Shown: positions 10,849 to 21,422, numbered from the stretch's first letter. The stretch: 64,000 nt of DNA from Nitrosopumilus sp. (GCA_965214775.1 OZ243974.1:1088001-1152000); one strand, 5' to 3'. Made by a program: numbers and translations. Notes: generated from the letters alone by a model not told the origin.

Positions 10849-12383
10849 AGACTTTATGCATAATCGGCCCATCTGATCTAAAAATACGACACAATAGATC
10901 ATTATTTGCACACCAACAACCCTAAAGATCTGTATGATTCCCTAACTGTATGGGCTCAAATGACAAGACTCTCCAAGCATTTCAAGCGTTACAAGCGCAA
11001 CACGAGATGCTAGTCGAGCAACACGAGCAGGTATCCAAGCAAAACAAACAGATGTCCAAGCAAAACGAGCGTATGAGGAAGCAGCTTGCGTTTGAGGACT
11101 CACTGTGGCAGTCCGAAGAAAACAAGACAAAAAGAGTCGTGCGCGGCGGGACGCCTCTGCGGATGCACGCAATCGAGGTTGCAGACGGCATAATCGGCGA
11201 TCCGGTGCGCCTTTGCAACGTCACGGGATGCACAAAGGAGTCATTTGAGATCATACTGGAGCGCTTTACGGAAGAAGTCATGGACGACGAGGACAGGCCC
11301 CTGTTCTGGGAGGACGACGTAAGAGGCGGCGATGCCGGAAACCGGTGCAAGCTGTACATCAGGCACGCGCTGCTTGCAGTACTCATGAGCATAAGGACCA
11401 AGGCAACGCAGCATCATCTGGCCGCAACGTTTGACGTCGACCAGTCCACAATGTCCAGGTACCTCCGGTACGGTGCCGTGTTACTGCGCCGGCTCCTGCC
11501 TGCCTCCGAAAAGCTAACAAGCATCATCTGCAAGACCCCGGCAGGCAAGCTGGAGGAGGTGCTGATCCCAAAAAAGACGCTCCTGATTGACGGTACCCTG
11601 ACTCCGGTAGACAGGCCCGGGGACAGGACCGCAAGAAAGACCAGATACTCGGGAAGAAAAAAGCGGCACATGTTCAACACGATAATTACCTCGAACCTGG
11701 ACGGCCTCATACTGCACTGCGGCAAGACTGTGGACGGAAGCGTCAACGACAAGGGCGTGATGAACGCAGGGGGCGGCCCGGACTTTGGAAGGCACACCGG
11801 ATCAATGAGGAATGCAAAAAACGCAGACGATCCGGAAGAGGCGTTTGTGATTTACAGCGACCTGGGATTTGAGGGCATTCAAAAGATGCTTCCGGGCGCC
11901 ATACACAGGCAGCCCCCAAAGAAGCCCAGGGACGGGGATCTTACTGCAACGCAAAAGAGGCGCCGCAAGCAGATAAGCAGGGTTCGCGTCAGGGTGGAGC
12001 ACCACATAGGGCGGCTCAAAAGATATGGCATTCTTACCATGCCGTTTGGCGGAACTGCCAAGGATCTCAATTATTTCATGCAGATAATCACGGGTCTTGA
12101 GAACCTCAAGACGATGTTGAAAAGGAAAAAATACTATGGCCAGCTGCTGCAGCAGCTGCATCTGCTGCCAGACACATGACATACGGCGGTACGGACCGCC
12201 ATTCTTTCTGACTTGTCAACGGGGCACATTGCCGTGCTGCATGGTTGCGCACGTTCTTTTGGCGCAACTGGCTTTTACGTGCGTCATGACACGAGATGCA
12301 TGCGGTAATTTGATCCGATCAGCGCATTTGCGTTTGGAAAAGCCTACGGAATTTTTAATCACGGTCGATTACGCATAAAGTCT
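10849..12383 (+). mobile_element. IS5-family (ISL2-like) element inserted in an IS110 recombinase gene
   Basis: AGACTTTATGC...GCATAAAGTCT ends; 3-bp duplication AGT; flanks rejoin to encode NYWII. Confidence 0.85.
10950..12179 (+). CDS. IS5-family (DDE_Tnp_4-like) transposase
   Basis: LIDGT, YSGRKKRH, SDLGF, RVRVEHHIGRLK. Confidence 0.9.
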   Translation: MGSNDKTLQAFQALQAQHEMLVEQHEQVSKQNKQMSKQNERMRKQLAFEDSLWQSEENKTKRVVRGGTPLRMHAIEVADGIIGDPVRLCNVTGCTKESFEIILERFTEEVMDDEDRPLFWEDDVRGGDAGNRCKLYIRHALLAVLMSIRTKATQHHLAATFDVDQSTMSRYLRYGAVLLRRLLPASEKLTSIICKTPAGKLEEVLIPKKTLLIDGTLTPVDRPGDRTARKTRYSGRKKRHMFNTIITSNLDGLILHCGKTVDGSVNDKGVMNAGGGPDFGRHTGSMRNAKNADDPEEAFVIYSDLGFEGIQKMLPGAIHRQPPKKPRDGDLTATQKRRRKQISRVRVRVEHHIGRLKRYGILTMPFGGTAKDLNYFMQIITGLENLKTMLKRKKYYGQLLQQLHLLPDT

Positions 12384-12576
12384 AGTAGTTGGCAGTGGAC
12401 TCGCATACTACCTTTATTGGCAGCTGTCCGCGGTATTGTTCCTTGAGATATGTTGCAAAATTCGTTGTTGCCAAAACGCTGTTCTCAAACTTGGATCGCT
12501 CTAGCAGCTTGCCAGAGTCGTCCTTTACTGCTGCAACGCATGTCTTCTTATGAACGTCTATTCCTATGTTGATCAT
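12384..12576 (-). pseudogene. IS110 recombinase N-terminal fragment (copy 3)
   Basis: MINIGIDVHKK...CESTANY; near-identical to the protein starting at 42060; GGAGGTGA RBS. Confidence 0.88.
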
Positions 12577-12594
12577 TTTATCACCTCCCTTTTG

Positions 12595-12776
12595 ATCAAA
12601 GTGTATGTGCCCAACTGAACGGAAAACTCCCATTCGCCCTCAATGATGTGGCATTTCGTCGTCCGTCTACTCTGAGCCAGTCTCATACACGCCCTCATAT
12701 GTGGCAAGTTTACTTCGGCTCTTGGGCCCAACATGGATAATATGGCGTCCGCTACAGATAAGATTTGATATAACGT
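12595..12776 (-). ncRNA. Putative IS110 bridge RNA (copy 3 leader)
   Basis: Loop segment TGTATGAG equals the flanking target TGTATGAG (plus strand 12682-12689 = 12777-12784); stems GAGCC/GGCTC and GCC/GGC. RNA boundaries approximate. Confidence 0.75.
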
Positions 12777-13224
12777 CTCATACAAGGAGAACAGGAAGTT
12801 TGCAGAATGGGTGTGACTGTATGTGTTGCACTGCGGGGACGGGAGGTGGGTGACCCTGCATGGTGCGGTCATGGAAGGGGTGTCCGTCCCCTGGCCCCAC
12901 CCACCCAATGATCTTATAGGATATGTTTGCACCCGACGGCATGAAACGTTTCAAATGGATATCATGGTTAGGAATTTACCGCGTTATCAGTATGAGGATA
13001 ATGCCTCGGGGAACTAACTGCGGGATCGCCTAACAAATGGATGAAGATGGTACTGGGGGAAGGCCCCGAATGGATACATGTCCGCCCATCCTTTGGAAGT
13101 GGATCAACCCTAGCGAAAGTCATGCACCATGTCACGAAATCTAGGAAAATGCTTAAAAAGAATTCACATGGATACTGACAGTATTATCATTTTAACTTAA
13201 TTAGTTGTGTGTTGGATAGTCTAA

Positions 13225-13740
13225 TCATGTGAGACCTGCATCCCCAACATCCGAAACTGATACGCTATCAGTAGTGTTGTGTGCAGCCCATAGATATGGA
13301 TCTCCCAATTGATTAGTATAATCTACATACCATTCTAATTTTGACAAAATTGTTCTACGTTTTAGAATGACTGGGGGATCTCCTTGTATCACAAATTCAT
13401 TCCAAGGTTCAAAAGGTTGGTCTTGTATGTAGCTTGTTAATTCCATTTTCTTTGCTTTCTTCATATCTTCTGGTGTGGGATTTGATGTGGGTTCTTTTTT
13501 CTTTCCTCTATTGGTAAATGAAACAATCATTTGTCCTCCAACCATGAATGTTGGATCAGTGGATATTTTTTGATTTGGCGGTATTTTTTCATCAGGAACT
13601 TGCATAATGTTAGCTGGGATATTCACCAAGCGTAACGTTCCTTGTACTTGGGAATGATCAATTTCATATGTGTTATACTGAATCTTTTTAATTCGAAATA
13701 ATTTATCAACAAGATCTTTTGGGTTTATTCGAACCGACAT
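13225..13740 (-). CDS. Hypothetical protein with two similar beta-rich halves
   Basis: IQYNTYEI...DPTF and EPWNEFVI...GDPY; third gene of an AT-rich operon. Confidence 0.7.
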   Translation of the reverse strand: MSVRINPKDLVDKLFRIKKIQYNTYEIDHSQVQGTLRLVNIPANIMQVPDEKIPPNQKISTDPTFMVGGQMIVSFTNRGKKKEPTSNPTPEDMKKAKKMELTSYIQDQPFEPWNEFVIQGDPPVILKRRTILSKLEWYVDYTNQLGDPYLWAAHNTTDSVSVSDVGDAGLT

Positions 13741-13743
13741 TTT

Positions 13744-14166
13744 CTAGACTCTTGTTTTCTTTGTAAGTAAAATTACTTGTAGGTTATCATTATATAACCT
13801 GTCAGCGTTATCTATTGCTTCCAGTATATGAAGCACATCATTTGAAGATTGAATTTCTTGTTTGTTCTCATGAATTTGTTCTCTTGTTTGATCATTACTA
13901 GCTCGTTTGAAATAATTTATCTTAAATGGAATTTGTTCAGTTTCTGGAATATCCTGGTTTATTGCTAATTGTTTTGCTTGAATCATTGCCTTGTCATAAC
14001 CACTTTCAGTTAATGCAGAATAATTGCACATAGGACATACATAAGATTCAAAATTGCCTACATGTTCCCCATACATTTTGAATGGAGCATTTTTTTTCTG
14101 TAACGATATAAAACATCTAGGACAGCCAATATCACCACTACTGTTTCTAATGGGAGACTCGTTCAT
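13744..14166 (-). CDS. YgiT/MqsA-type zinc-ribbon protein, putative antitoxin
   Basis: CPRC...YVCPMC followed by a polar tail. Confidence 0.6.
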   Translation of the reverse strand: MNESPIRNSSGDIGCPRCFISLQKKNAPFKMYGEHVGNFESYVCPMCNYSALTESGYDKAMIQAKQLAINQDIPETEQIPFKINYFKRASNDQTREQIHENKQEIQSSNDVLHILEAIDNADRLYNDNLQVILLTKKTRV

Positions 14167-14230
14167 GATGTTAGTGCGCCATATCTTAATAAATACTTAC
14201 TAAAATAAGTTGAAAACAAATCATTCCTGC

Positions 14231-14461
14231 TCATGCCTGATAGGCTGTTCGTAAATATAAAAAACAACTACGCAATGATACAATAATCTCCCATTTTTCC
14301 CACTTTACTTGATATTCGTTTTTCGTCATTTCGATTTTTTTACCCTCTTTTAATGCGACCTTAATTTGACTTGATGGCAAATGTCTATCATTCATCCTAT
14401 CCATAAAGTGATTATCATAAATCCGTTCACAATCTTTCCAGGGATCTACCAATATGACCAA
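14231..14461 (-). CDS. DUF4258/RelE-like small putative toxin
   Basis: NHFMDRMNDR...IKVALKEG...LRTAY pattern; upstream of the zinc-ribbon gene. Confidence 0.55.
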   Translation of the reverse strand: MVILVDPWKDCERIYDNHFMDRMNDRHLPSSQIKVALKEGKKIEMTKNEYQVKWEKWEIIVSLRSCFLYLRTAYQA

Positions 14462-15088
14462 ACAATAATTTTTACTATATTTTTCTATGTTTTTTCAGAC
14501 ATATTTCTTTAATTTTTTACGCATTTCTTCCTGTTAACTATCGGGACAGGATAAATACGGCAACGATATTAGATGAGCATGAGTGTCGGTAAGCTGCAAA
14601 TTATGCAATCATCTAGATGATAATCTGTCAGCCTAGTCTACACCTCTTGCGGTATCCTTGCAAACGTATCGGTGAGTACGATTTTTACAACCGCAATTAC
14701 CTCTTTTTCCTATTCAAATCACTTCCTCCAAGGACTTCGAGGAGGAAGCTACTGCGATCAACGGCCTCGTGAAAACCATGGAGCAAAACGGGCTCTCGAT
14801 CAAAGGACTGTAAACGACAGGGTTGTGAAAACTGACTGCTAATATTTATACAAGACCTTATGCGTAATCGACCGGATCAAAATATTCCGACGGTGGCCGG
14901 CCACACATGCAAAGCTGACGGCATCACATGACGTGTATGAGCACGGTAAAGTGGAGTGGACCCCTGTAAGTAGAAACGATTTTGGCGACATTTTATGCAC
15001 ACTTTAATCGCTCATTTTTGCGGCACCTCCTGCATTTTCCGGACAAACTCGTCCGGCGTCAGGTATCCCAGTGCCGAGTGGATCCTGT

Positions 15089-15181
15089 GTATGTGGTCAC
15101 GTCCCCCTGTTGACTAGGTGTGAAAATCATAGTCATAGATGTCAATTCGTGCCTGATTGGCAGGGGTAGGTGACCTCATAC
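15089..15181. mobile_element. MITE family E
   Basis: GTATGTGGTCAC...GTGACCTCATAC; degenerate 8-bp duplication GATCCTGT/GATCTTTT. Confidence 0.85.
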
Positions 15182-15195
15182 GATCTTTTTCGTAG

Positions 15196-15284
15196 TTTTA
15201 TATACGAATGCACATTTGAAAAAATAATTTTATATAAATACATGCACATTTGAAAAAATAATTTTATATAAATACATGCACATT
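15196..15284 (+). repeat. 34-bp tandem repeat (2 full plus partial units) containing TATA-like TTTATATA
   Basis: ATGCACATTTGAAAAAATAATTTTATATAAATAC at 15208 and 15242. Confidence 0.9.
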
Positions 15285-15286
15285 CC

Positions 15287-16531
15287 CAGTAGTTCCGATT
15301 GTGACCCCGGCCTGCCCTAGCCCGGATCGGGGGGCTTTTTGTTCCATGGTCTCATACACCATCTTATAATCCGGGCAAGCAGCACCTTGAGCTTGATCTT
15401 CTTTTTTTTGCACCATGATCTTGCGATCATCCAGATGTTAGACATTCCAAGCGACAGGTAGAACAGTATGAGTCTTATGGCATCGTTCCGACTGCAGGTG
15501 CGCGGCATGGCCCTCTTGACGTCCCGGTATCCGGTCTCTATTCCCCACCTCTTGCGGTACTCCTCGGGAAGCTCAAACAAATCCTCCGGCGTGCAGTTGG
15601 TCATGTTGGTGACAAAGGCGATGTGGAACTTTTTCTTGTTTTTATCCTCCCTTTCCAGTATTATCAGGTTGCATCTTATCTTGCTGCTGCCAGAGGATAT
15701 GGTATACTTGCTGACTGCATCCCTGTGCCCGTCTATGTGCTCCTGTATGGCCCTCTCAACTCCCTTGGTGCATACTGCAGGAGTCATGAACCGCAATCCT
15801 GCATTATTTATCGTGTTGAGTACGTCAACTGAGTAAAACTCCTTGTCCATCAGGACCATCTGCGGCCTGATGTGCATTCTCTTGATGGTTTGCAGCAATT
15901 TACGCACGAATTCGGGGTTAAACGCGTCCCTGGTCACCGGAAGGCACGCAAGGTGCGTCTGGTGCTTTTGTCCTACTGTTCTTGCAGTGATGTATGCCTC
16001 AGCCGTGCGGGTGCCCGGCCCCCTGTACTTTATCTTGTGGGTCATGTCCGGATTGTGGTCGTACCGCGGGATCTTGGTCTTGTCGATGGCTATGATCGGG
16101 GATTTTCCAATCAGGCCACCCTTGATGGAGTCTGTGACGGTCCTGCGCAGGATCTTGTCGGCCCTCTTGTGCATCGTCTCATAGTCCACCTGGCCCAGCT
16201 TGCCAAGCAGCCAGTCGGCGCCGGGGCTGCGGCCTGCAGAGTCCCGGAGTATCTCTGCGGCCTGTTCTGCGCACATGCGCTCCTTGGACATCGTTGCCAG
16301 AAGCGCAGCTGCATCCGTTTCATCGTATATTGCGTTGTGTCTGTCAGAGAACTTCATGCCTACTGCCGAGACGGCGTTCTGGAACATCTTGCGCTCCCTG
16401 TGTCCGTACGGCTTTTGAGCGGCCCTGGCACTTTTTGTCATGCAGGAATTGCTAAAAGTTCCCCCTATAGATCCAAGTGATCATAAAATCTGTCAATTTG
16501 CCTTATTTTCAGGCCACAATCGGAACTACTG
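15287..16531 (-). mobile_element. ISH3-family element, intact
   Basis: CAGTAGTTCCGATTGTG inverted ends; 5-bp duplication ATTCC. Confidence 0.93.
15317..16441 (-). CDS. ISH3-family transposase
   Basis: IAIDKT, LMDKEF, YRKRWGIETGY. Confidence 0.92.
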   Translation of the reverse strand: MTKSARAAQKPYGHRERKMFQNAVSAVGMKFSDRHNAIYDETDAAALLATMSKERMCAEQAAEILRDSAGRSPGADWLLGKLGQVDYETMHKRADKILRRTVTDSIKGGLIGKSPIIAIDKTKIPRYDHNPDMTHKIKYRGPGTRTAEAYITARTVGQKHQTHLACLPVTRDAFNPEFVRKLLQTIKRMHIRPQMVLMDKEFYSVDVLNTINNAGLRFMTPAVCTKGVERAIQEHIDGHRDAVSKYTISSGSSKIRCNLIILEREDKNKKKFHIAFVTNMTNCTPEDLFELPEEYRKRWGIETGYRDVKRAMPRTCSRNDAIRLILFYLSLGMSNIWMIARSWCKKKKIKLKVLLARIIRWCMRPWNKKPPDPG

Positions 16532-16878
16532 ATTCCAGCATTATGAGCCTAAGCCCTGCCTCGTATGATGACAATCCTTGGTGGACAGATATTGACGAAA
16601 TCAATCAAGAACGGGAGATTAAAAATTGGGAGGACAGCCCAATCAAGTGGGATCCTAGGATACGTCAAGCATTTGATTTTACAAATGATATAATCTACTC
16701 TCTGCGGGGACCAAGACAGGTTGGCAAAACAACCCTGTTGAAGTTACAGATTAGGGAATTCCTTCAAAATGGCGTATCGCCCTGGAATATAATGTACTAT
16801 GCGTTTGACGTTGACAACTCTCCGAAAAACCTAGTGGAGGTTATCGAAAACTACCTAAACAGCACCAAGAGGCTACGT

Positions 16879-17001
16879 CAGTACTTCCTAGGTGTGCTTT
16901 TGCAGACCCGGCACGACATAGCCGCTAATTTTGTTTACGCATAAGGTCTTCTGCAAATTACGTAATTGCCGTGCCTGTAAAAGTACACTTGGGAAGTACT
17001 G
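16879..17001. mobile_element. MITE family C (123 bp), copy 1
   Basis: CAGTACTTCC...GGAAGTACTG ends; identical to 18563-18685. Confidence 0.92.
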
Positions 17002-17022
17002 ACTTAGATGTTACCCAGCGCC

Positions 17023-17143
17023 CAGTCTTCCTAAATGTACCCGATTCATGGCGGTGCAGATTATGACATGCGGATCTACAGGCAGCTTAGTTTGCACTGT
17101 TTCGAACTTGGAGCCGTTTTGTGGGGAACTTTTGGGAAGACTG
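17023..17143. mobile_element. MITE family B (~120 bp, CAGTCTTCCCA...TGGGAAGACTG)
   Basis: Inverted ends; shared core GCAGATCCGC; about eight copies in the window. Confidence 0.85.
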
Positions 17144-17187
17144 ACTTAAGATAATAATATAAGAAACCTTCTGGAAGGCAAATCACA

Positions 17188-17724
17188 ATGTCTGCTGCAT
17201 TACTTGATCATATTACTGACCGAATCAACAAAATGGAAGATGACGGGGCGGTAGACGAGGCCATAGTTGACGATTTGGATGAACTCAAACAAAAATTACT
17301 GGATGTTGAAGATAGATGGCTTTCAGTTGATGACAAAAACAGCTTCTACTTTTATCAAGGAATCCGTGACGTGGAGTTGATTCTTGAAAGAATGGTCGAA
17401 CGATTCAAAGCTGCAAAAATAAAACATGACAATCCCCAAATTGCACTAGACACGCTTGCAGTGATTCCTATTGTAAATGAAATTATTCAAATTGCCGAAC
17501 ATGGCAAAGCAGATGACGCAGCTGTAAATCAAATTTTGGAGCGTACGCACCAGTTGCGAGACAAGGCTCACGAGACAAATCTTATCGAGTCTGACGAAAG
17601 AAACCTGCATGAAGTAGACAAGGAAACACTGGGCAAATCCTTTGACAAGGTTCTTGACACTCTGGAGATTCCGTCTGATTTGCCAGACGACGTATGCGTT
17701 GACGAGGATAAAGATATTTCCTGA
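17188..17724 (+). CDS. Acidic helical protein, possible antitoxin partner
   Basis: Overlaps the downstream PIN gene; function inferred from context only. Confidence 0.65.
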   Translation: MSAALLDHITDRINKMEDDGAVDEAIVDDLDELKQKLLDVEDRWLSVDDKNSFYFYQGIRDVELILERMVERFKAAKIKHDNPQIALDTLAVIPIVNEIIQIAEHGKADDAAVNQILERTHQLRDKAHETNLIESDERNLHEVDKETLGKSFDKVLDTLEIPSDLPDDVCVDEDKDIS

Positions 17725-18514
17725 TTCTAGCGTAATAGTATCTGCCAGTATTCAGGCAAATGTTGCAAGTATTGGCGTAACGGTAAAGCACCGATTCTAT
17801 GAGGACTCGATACATCTGTTCAGCATTTTTCGAAAACGCGCAAACAAAGGCATGGGAGTAACCACTAAGACAGTTCGCGGCGAATCCTTTCATGCTCTAT
17901 CCAGGGCTGTAACAAATTCCATTTTAGAGAACCTTCCTGCAGAAAAAGACAAGCGAAAAAGATTGTTTGATGAGACAACCTCGATTGTTAACCTGTGTGA
18001 CAGCAAAATGAGAGATCTGTTTTCTACTCTGCTGCTGGAAACTCCCTCAAATGACATTGTTCGGCAATGCGTGACCGATGTGACTGACATGTCAAAACAT
18101 ATCAAAATGCGTTACGAATCCAGATACATCAACAGAACGAATCGCAACATTGAGGCCAAACGCAGGACTGAGTCGATAACAAACTCGACATGGAAAGGGA
18201 CTTTGAAGGGTGAGGCATATCGTGCGCAAAGATTACAGGTAGAACGGGAAGCAGTCCAGGTGAAAAAATTCATGTCAAAATATCCAAATCCCGGAGACAG
18301 CAGGATACTGGCCGAGGCTTTGGCAATCAAGAGACAGATCGAGACCTATGGACAACATGTGAATTTCTATATTGCGTCTTCCGATACCGGATTTTTCTCC
18401 CCTCATAGAGTGAAGGGTGGTGCAAAATCTGATATTGTAACCAATGAGATAAGCACCAGGTTTGGAATAACCTGTGATTTTCCAGCAGAAATCAGAAAAT
18501 TGGCTAATCTATGA
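17699..18514 (+). CDS. PIN-domain protein
   Basis: IFPDSSVIV, GDSRILAEA, FYIASSD acidic motifs; TTG start. Confidence 0.7.
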   Translation: MTRIKIFPDSSVIVSASIQANVASIGVTVKHRFYEDSIHLFSIFRKRANKGMGVTTKTVRGESFHALSRAVTNSILENLPAEKDKRKRLFDETTSIVNLCDSKMRDLFSTLLLETPSNDIVRQCVTDVTDMSKHIKMRYESRYINRTNRNIEAKRRTESITNSTWKGTLKGEAYRAQRLQVEREAVQVKKFMSKYPNPGDSRILAEALAIKRQIETYGQHVNFYIASSDTGFFSPHRVKGGAKSDIVTNEISTRFGITCDFPAEIRKLANL

Positions 18515-18562
18515 AACTCTTAACTCTGAAATTTCAATCTAGCCAGAGATTTTTCACTACTT

Positions 18563-18685
18563 CAGTACTTCCTAGGTGTGCTTTTGCAGACCCGGCACGA
18601 CATAGCCGCTAATTTTGTTTACGCATAAGGTCTTCTGCAAATTACGTAATTGCCGTGCCTGTAAAAGTACACTTGGGAAGTACTG
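18563..18685. mobile_element. MITE family C, copy 2 (direct orientation)
   Basis: Identical to 16879-17001. Confidence 0.92.
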
Positions 18686-19945
18686 ATGTGGCGATTCGAG
18701 ATTCTTTTTGTTCTTAGATGAGGTATCGAAAGTAAAAAATTGGCCAGACGGGATAAAGCGCCTAAAGGACAGGCGGAAATTAGACAATGCCACAGTCATC
18801 CTGACCGGTTCATACGCAATTGATCTAAAAAAATCCTTGGAGAACCTGGCCGGCAGGCGCGGCAAAACGAATGAGGTCTATGACAAAGTACTCCTCCCGA
18901 TGAAATTTTCAGAATATGTCTCAGTCATGGACGCTGGATTGAAAAAACAGCTGATCAAAAACAAGCTGCTCAAAAGGGAGGATCGAATCAGAACCATTAA
19001 AAAATTACTCCGCTCCGAGATTGATTCGTCCCTTGACAGGCTCCAGCCCCAGCTGGCATCCCTTAACTCCCTGCTGTTGGATTACATGCTGACCGGGGGC
19101 ATTCCGCAGGTCGTCAGCGCGTATTATGACCGAAGATATTTGGACGAATACCTATACACAACGTACCTTGACTATGTTTTAGGGGACCTCAAGTCACTGC
19201 GAAGAAGTCCGATCATTGTTGGACAGCTGGCATCCAACATAATCAAAAACCTAAGCTGGCCGCAAAGCTGGCTATCTCTTCAAAAGGACACCGATATACG
19301 AAACCCAATAACCGCCGGAGAGTATGTGCACGCCCTTGATGACATGTTTGTACTGACATTTTTTTATCATTATGATCCTGAGAAGAAAAGACCAGTGGTT
19401 AGGAAAAACAAAAAGATCCATTTCCATGATCCGTTCTTCCTGCACTCGCTAAACGGATGGATCTCGTCAGGGAACTCCTTTAGGACTGCGCAAAATTATG
19501 TCCGGGACGCAACCAACCAGGGCCCGCTGGTGGAGGGGATAGTCGGTGATCATCTGGCACGGCTAGCGTTTGAGCTGAGCGATAAAAAACAGAACTTTGA
19601 TTATCACAACCACCTGTTCTACTGGAACAAAAAGAAAGAGACCGAGGTGGATTACATAGTCAAACTTGGGGGTTTTGAGCTGCCCGTAGAGGTCAAATTT
19701 CAAAACACCATACGAAACAAGGATCTCAGGGGAATCCGCTATTTCAGTTCGCTGACAAAGGCTCGAAACTCAGTAATGCTATCCAAAAGTACGATGGAAA
19801 AGACCGACGATGCCGTGGTGCTTCCGGCAGCATTCTTTTTGCTTTTAATCTGAGCCTGCGATGGACTCCTTTCCTCCAAGCCTCCTCAAAAGTCACACGT
19901 GAGGCAGATCCAAGCTGTAGCCAGCTCATAGAAGAAACATACAAC

Positions 19946-20202
19946 CAACTAAGTGAAAAGTACCCCGGTCGGACAGACAACCAAGAAATTTAGACCGTCT
20001 TGACAACACTGACAGATGCAAACAGATCAATTATAGCAACGGTCACAAGTAATTGAGGGCCTTGACCGGCGATCTGTAAATGTACTTGTATATGCAAAGG
20101 TGGGCAAATGACACCGTCCTGTATAGCAACGGTCACAAGTCTTTGAGTCAAAGTAGGTCATAACTACACGGAAAAAACCCCAATTATTTCTGCCTGTTGC
20201 TA
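19946..20202. mobile_element. Remnant cluster: ISH3-type end, IS630 3' end and IS630-derived MITE
   Basis: CTAAGTGAAAAGTAC matches the ends of 58260-59552; TAGCAACGG termini match the IS630 copies. Confidence 0.8.
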
Positions 20203-20405
20203 TAAAACGGTTACAGACCCTGCCAAAAGAGATCTGTCCTGGCCAAATTACCAGATGCGCTGTCTTTTGATATCCAGAGAGAACCCAAAAACCAGGAAAT
20301 TTCCAATCCTTAACCTAAATTCCGTGCCTAGAATCAGGGAAACATTGTTTGTGAATTATTGTGATGCTTAACTTTCATATTTGATTCCCCAAAAAATTCA
20401 ATCAA

Positions 20406-21422
20406 ATGAACTGGAGACTGGCTGTAATTCCTGCAACATTGATTCCGATCTTCATCATAGCCATACAGTTTGACATAAAACTCGAGGATGTTTTGGCAAT
20501 TGGGCTCTTTCCATTTTTGGGCGCAGTTGTTGCAATGATGATCAAGCTGGGCCTTCAAGGAATCAAGTTTGCATATATTACCAGACGGTATCTTGGAGAA
20601 TTCGATTCGTTTTTGAAACTGACAGGAGTCAGGGTTGGAAGTGAGTTTATCAAGTTTACAACACCGATGTTTGTTGGGGCAGAGTTCATTGTGATTTATT
20701 ATCTGCACAAAAAGGGAGTCAAGCCTTCAAAGTCGGCATGGATTGCAATTATGGATATCGTAACTGAGGTGTTTGCAGGAGGGTTGCTATCTATTATGGC
20801 AGGAGTTGTTGCTTTGCTAAACGGCGCATATGTGGTTGCAGGAGTCGTCCTTGGCACCAGCATCGCCGTAACCTCGCTGTGGATGGTATTGTTCTTTTTG
20901 TCATCAAGACGCACATTCCAGGTTCCCAAGGTTTTGGCCGTTCTTGCACAAAGATTTGGAAAAGAGAAAGGAGCAAAATACATCGAACAAACGAACTCCT
21001 GGATGAAGGAAGTCTGTACGATGAGCCGTGAAAACCTCAAAACTTCGGAATCCAAAAAAGTTTTCACGGTATCCTTCTTGTTCTCTCTTGCCTCATGGGC
21101 GTTTTATGGAATATCATTTATGATAATTGCAATGGGCACCGGCTACGTAATTGGCGCATTTGATTCAATTATGGCCGTAATGGGCGCAAACGCAATTGGT
21201 AATCTGCCAATTACGGTTGGAGGCTCGGGACTTGCAGAATTTGGAATTGTTGCATATTTGAATAATTTGGATCCCTTCAACCTTCACATTCCTGAAGGGA
21301 CTGGGGCCTGGGACGCTGTTATTGGATGGAGAATTGCGACATATTACGTACCAATTGCAATCACTTGGCTGCTCCTGGTAAAGCTGGCTTTAAGCAAAAT
21401 CTCAAAGCCTCAAGTATCATAA
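20406..21422 (+). CDS. Lysylphosphatidylglycerol-synthase-TM / flippase-like membrane protein
   Basis: Multi-TM; TP...GAE, P.T.GGSG.AE and WR..TYY motifs. Confidence 0.8.
   Translation: MNWRLAVIPATLIPIFIIAIQFDIKLEDVLAIGLFPFLGAVVAMMIKLGLQGIKFAYITRRYLGEFDSFLKLTGVRVGSEFIKFTTPMFVGAEFIVIYYLHKKGVKPSKSAWIAIMDIVTEVFAGGLLSIMAGVVALLNGAYVVAGVVLGTSIAVTSLWMVLFFLSSRRTFQVPKVLAVLAQRFGKEKGAKYIEQTNSWMKEVCTMSRENLKTSESKKVFTVSFLFSLASWAFYGISFMIIAMGTGYVIGAFDSIMAVMGANAIGNLPITVGGSGLAEFGIVAYLNNLDPFNLHIPEGTGAWDAVIGWRIATYYVPIAITWLLLVKLALSKISKPQVS

Larger units (their letters stand above)
16543..19853 (+). pseudogene. AAA_14/DUF4143-type ATPase split by a MITE-bounded insertion (16543-16878 joins 18690-19853)
   Basis: Walker A GPRQVGKT in the 5' part; Walker B FFLFLDE, LAGR, TGGIP and EVDY...PVEVK in the 3' part; parts join in frame. 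Confidence 0.9.

Noticed and set aside
12790-13150. GC-rich hairpins as a possible ncRNA or intron
   Set aside because: No tRNA, riboswitch or group II domain V pattern could be supported; left unassigned.
15196-15284. CRISPR-like repeat
   Set aside because: Units are directly tandem with no spacers, and no cas genes are present.
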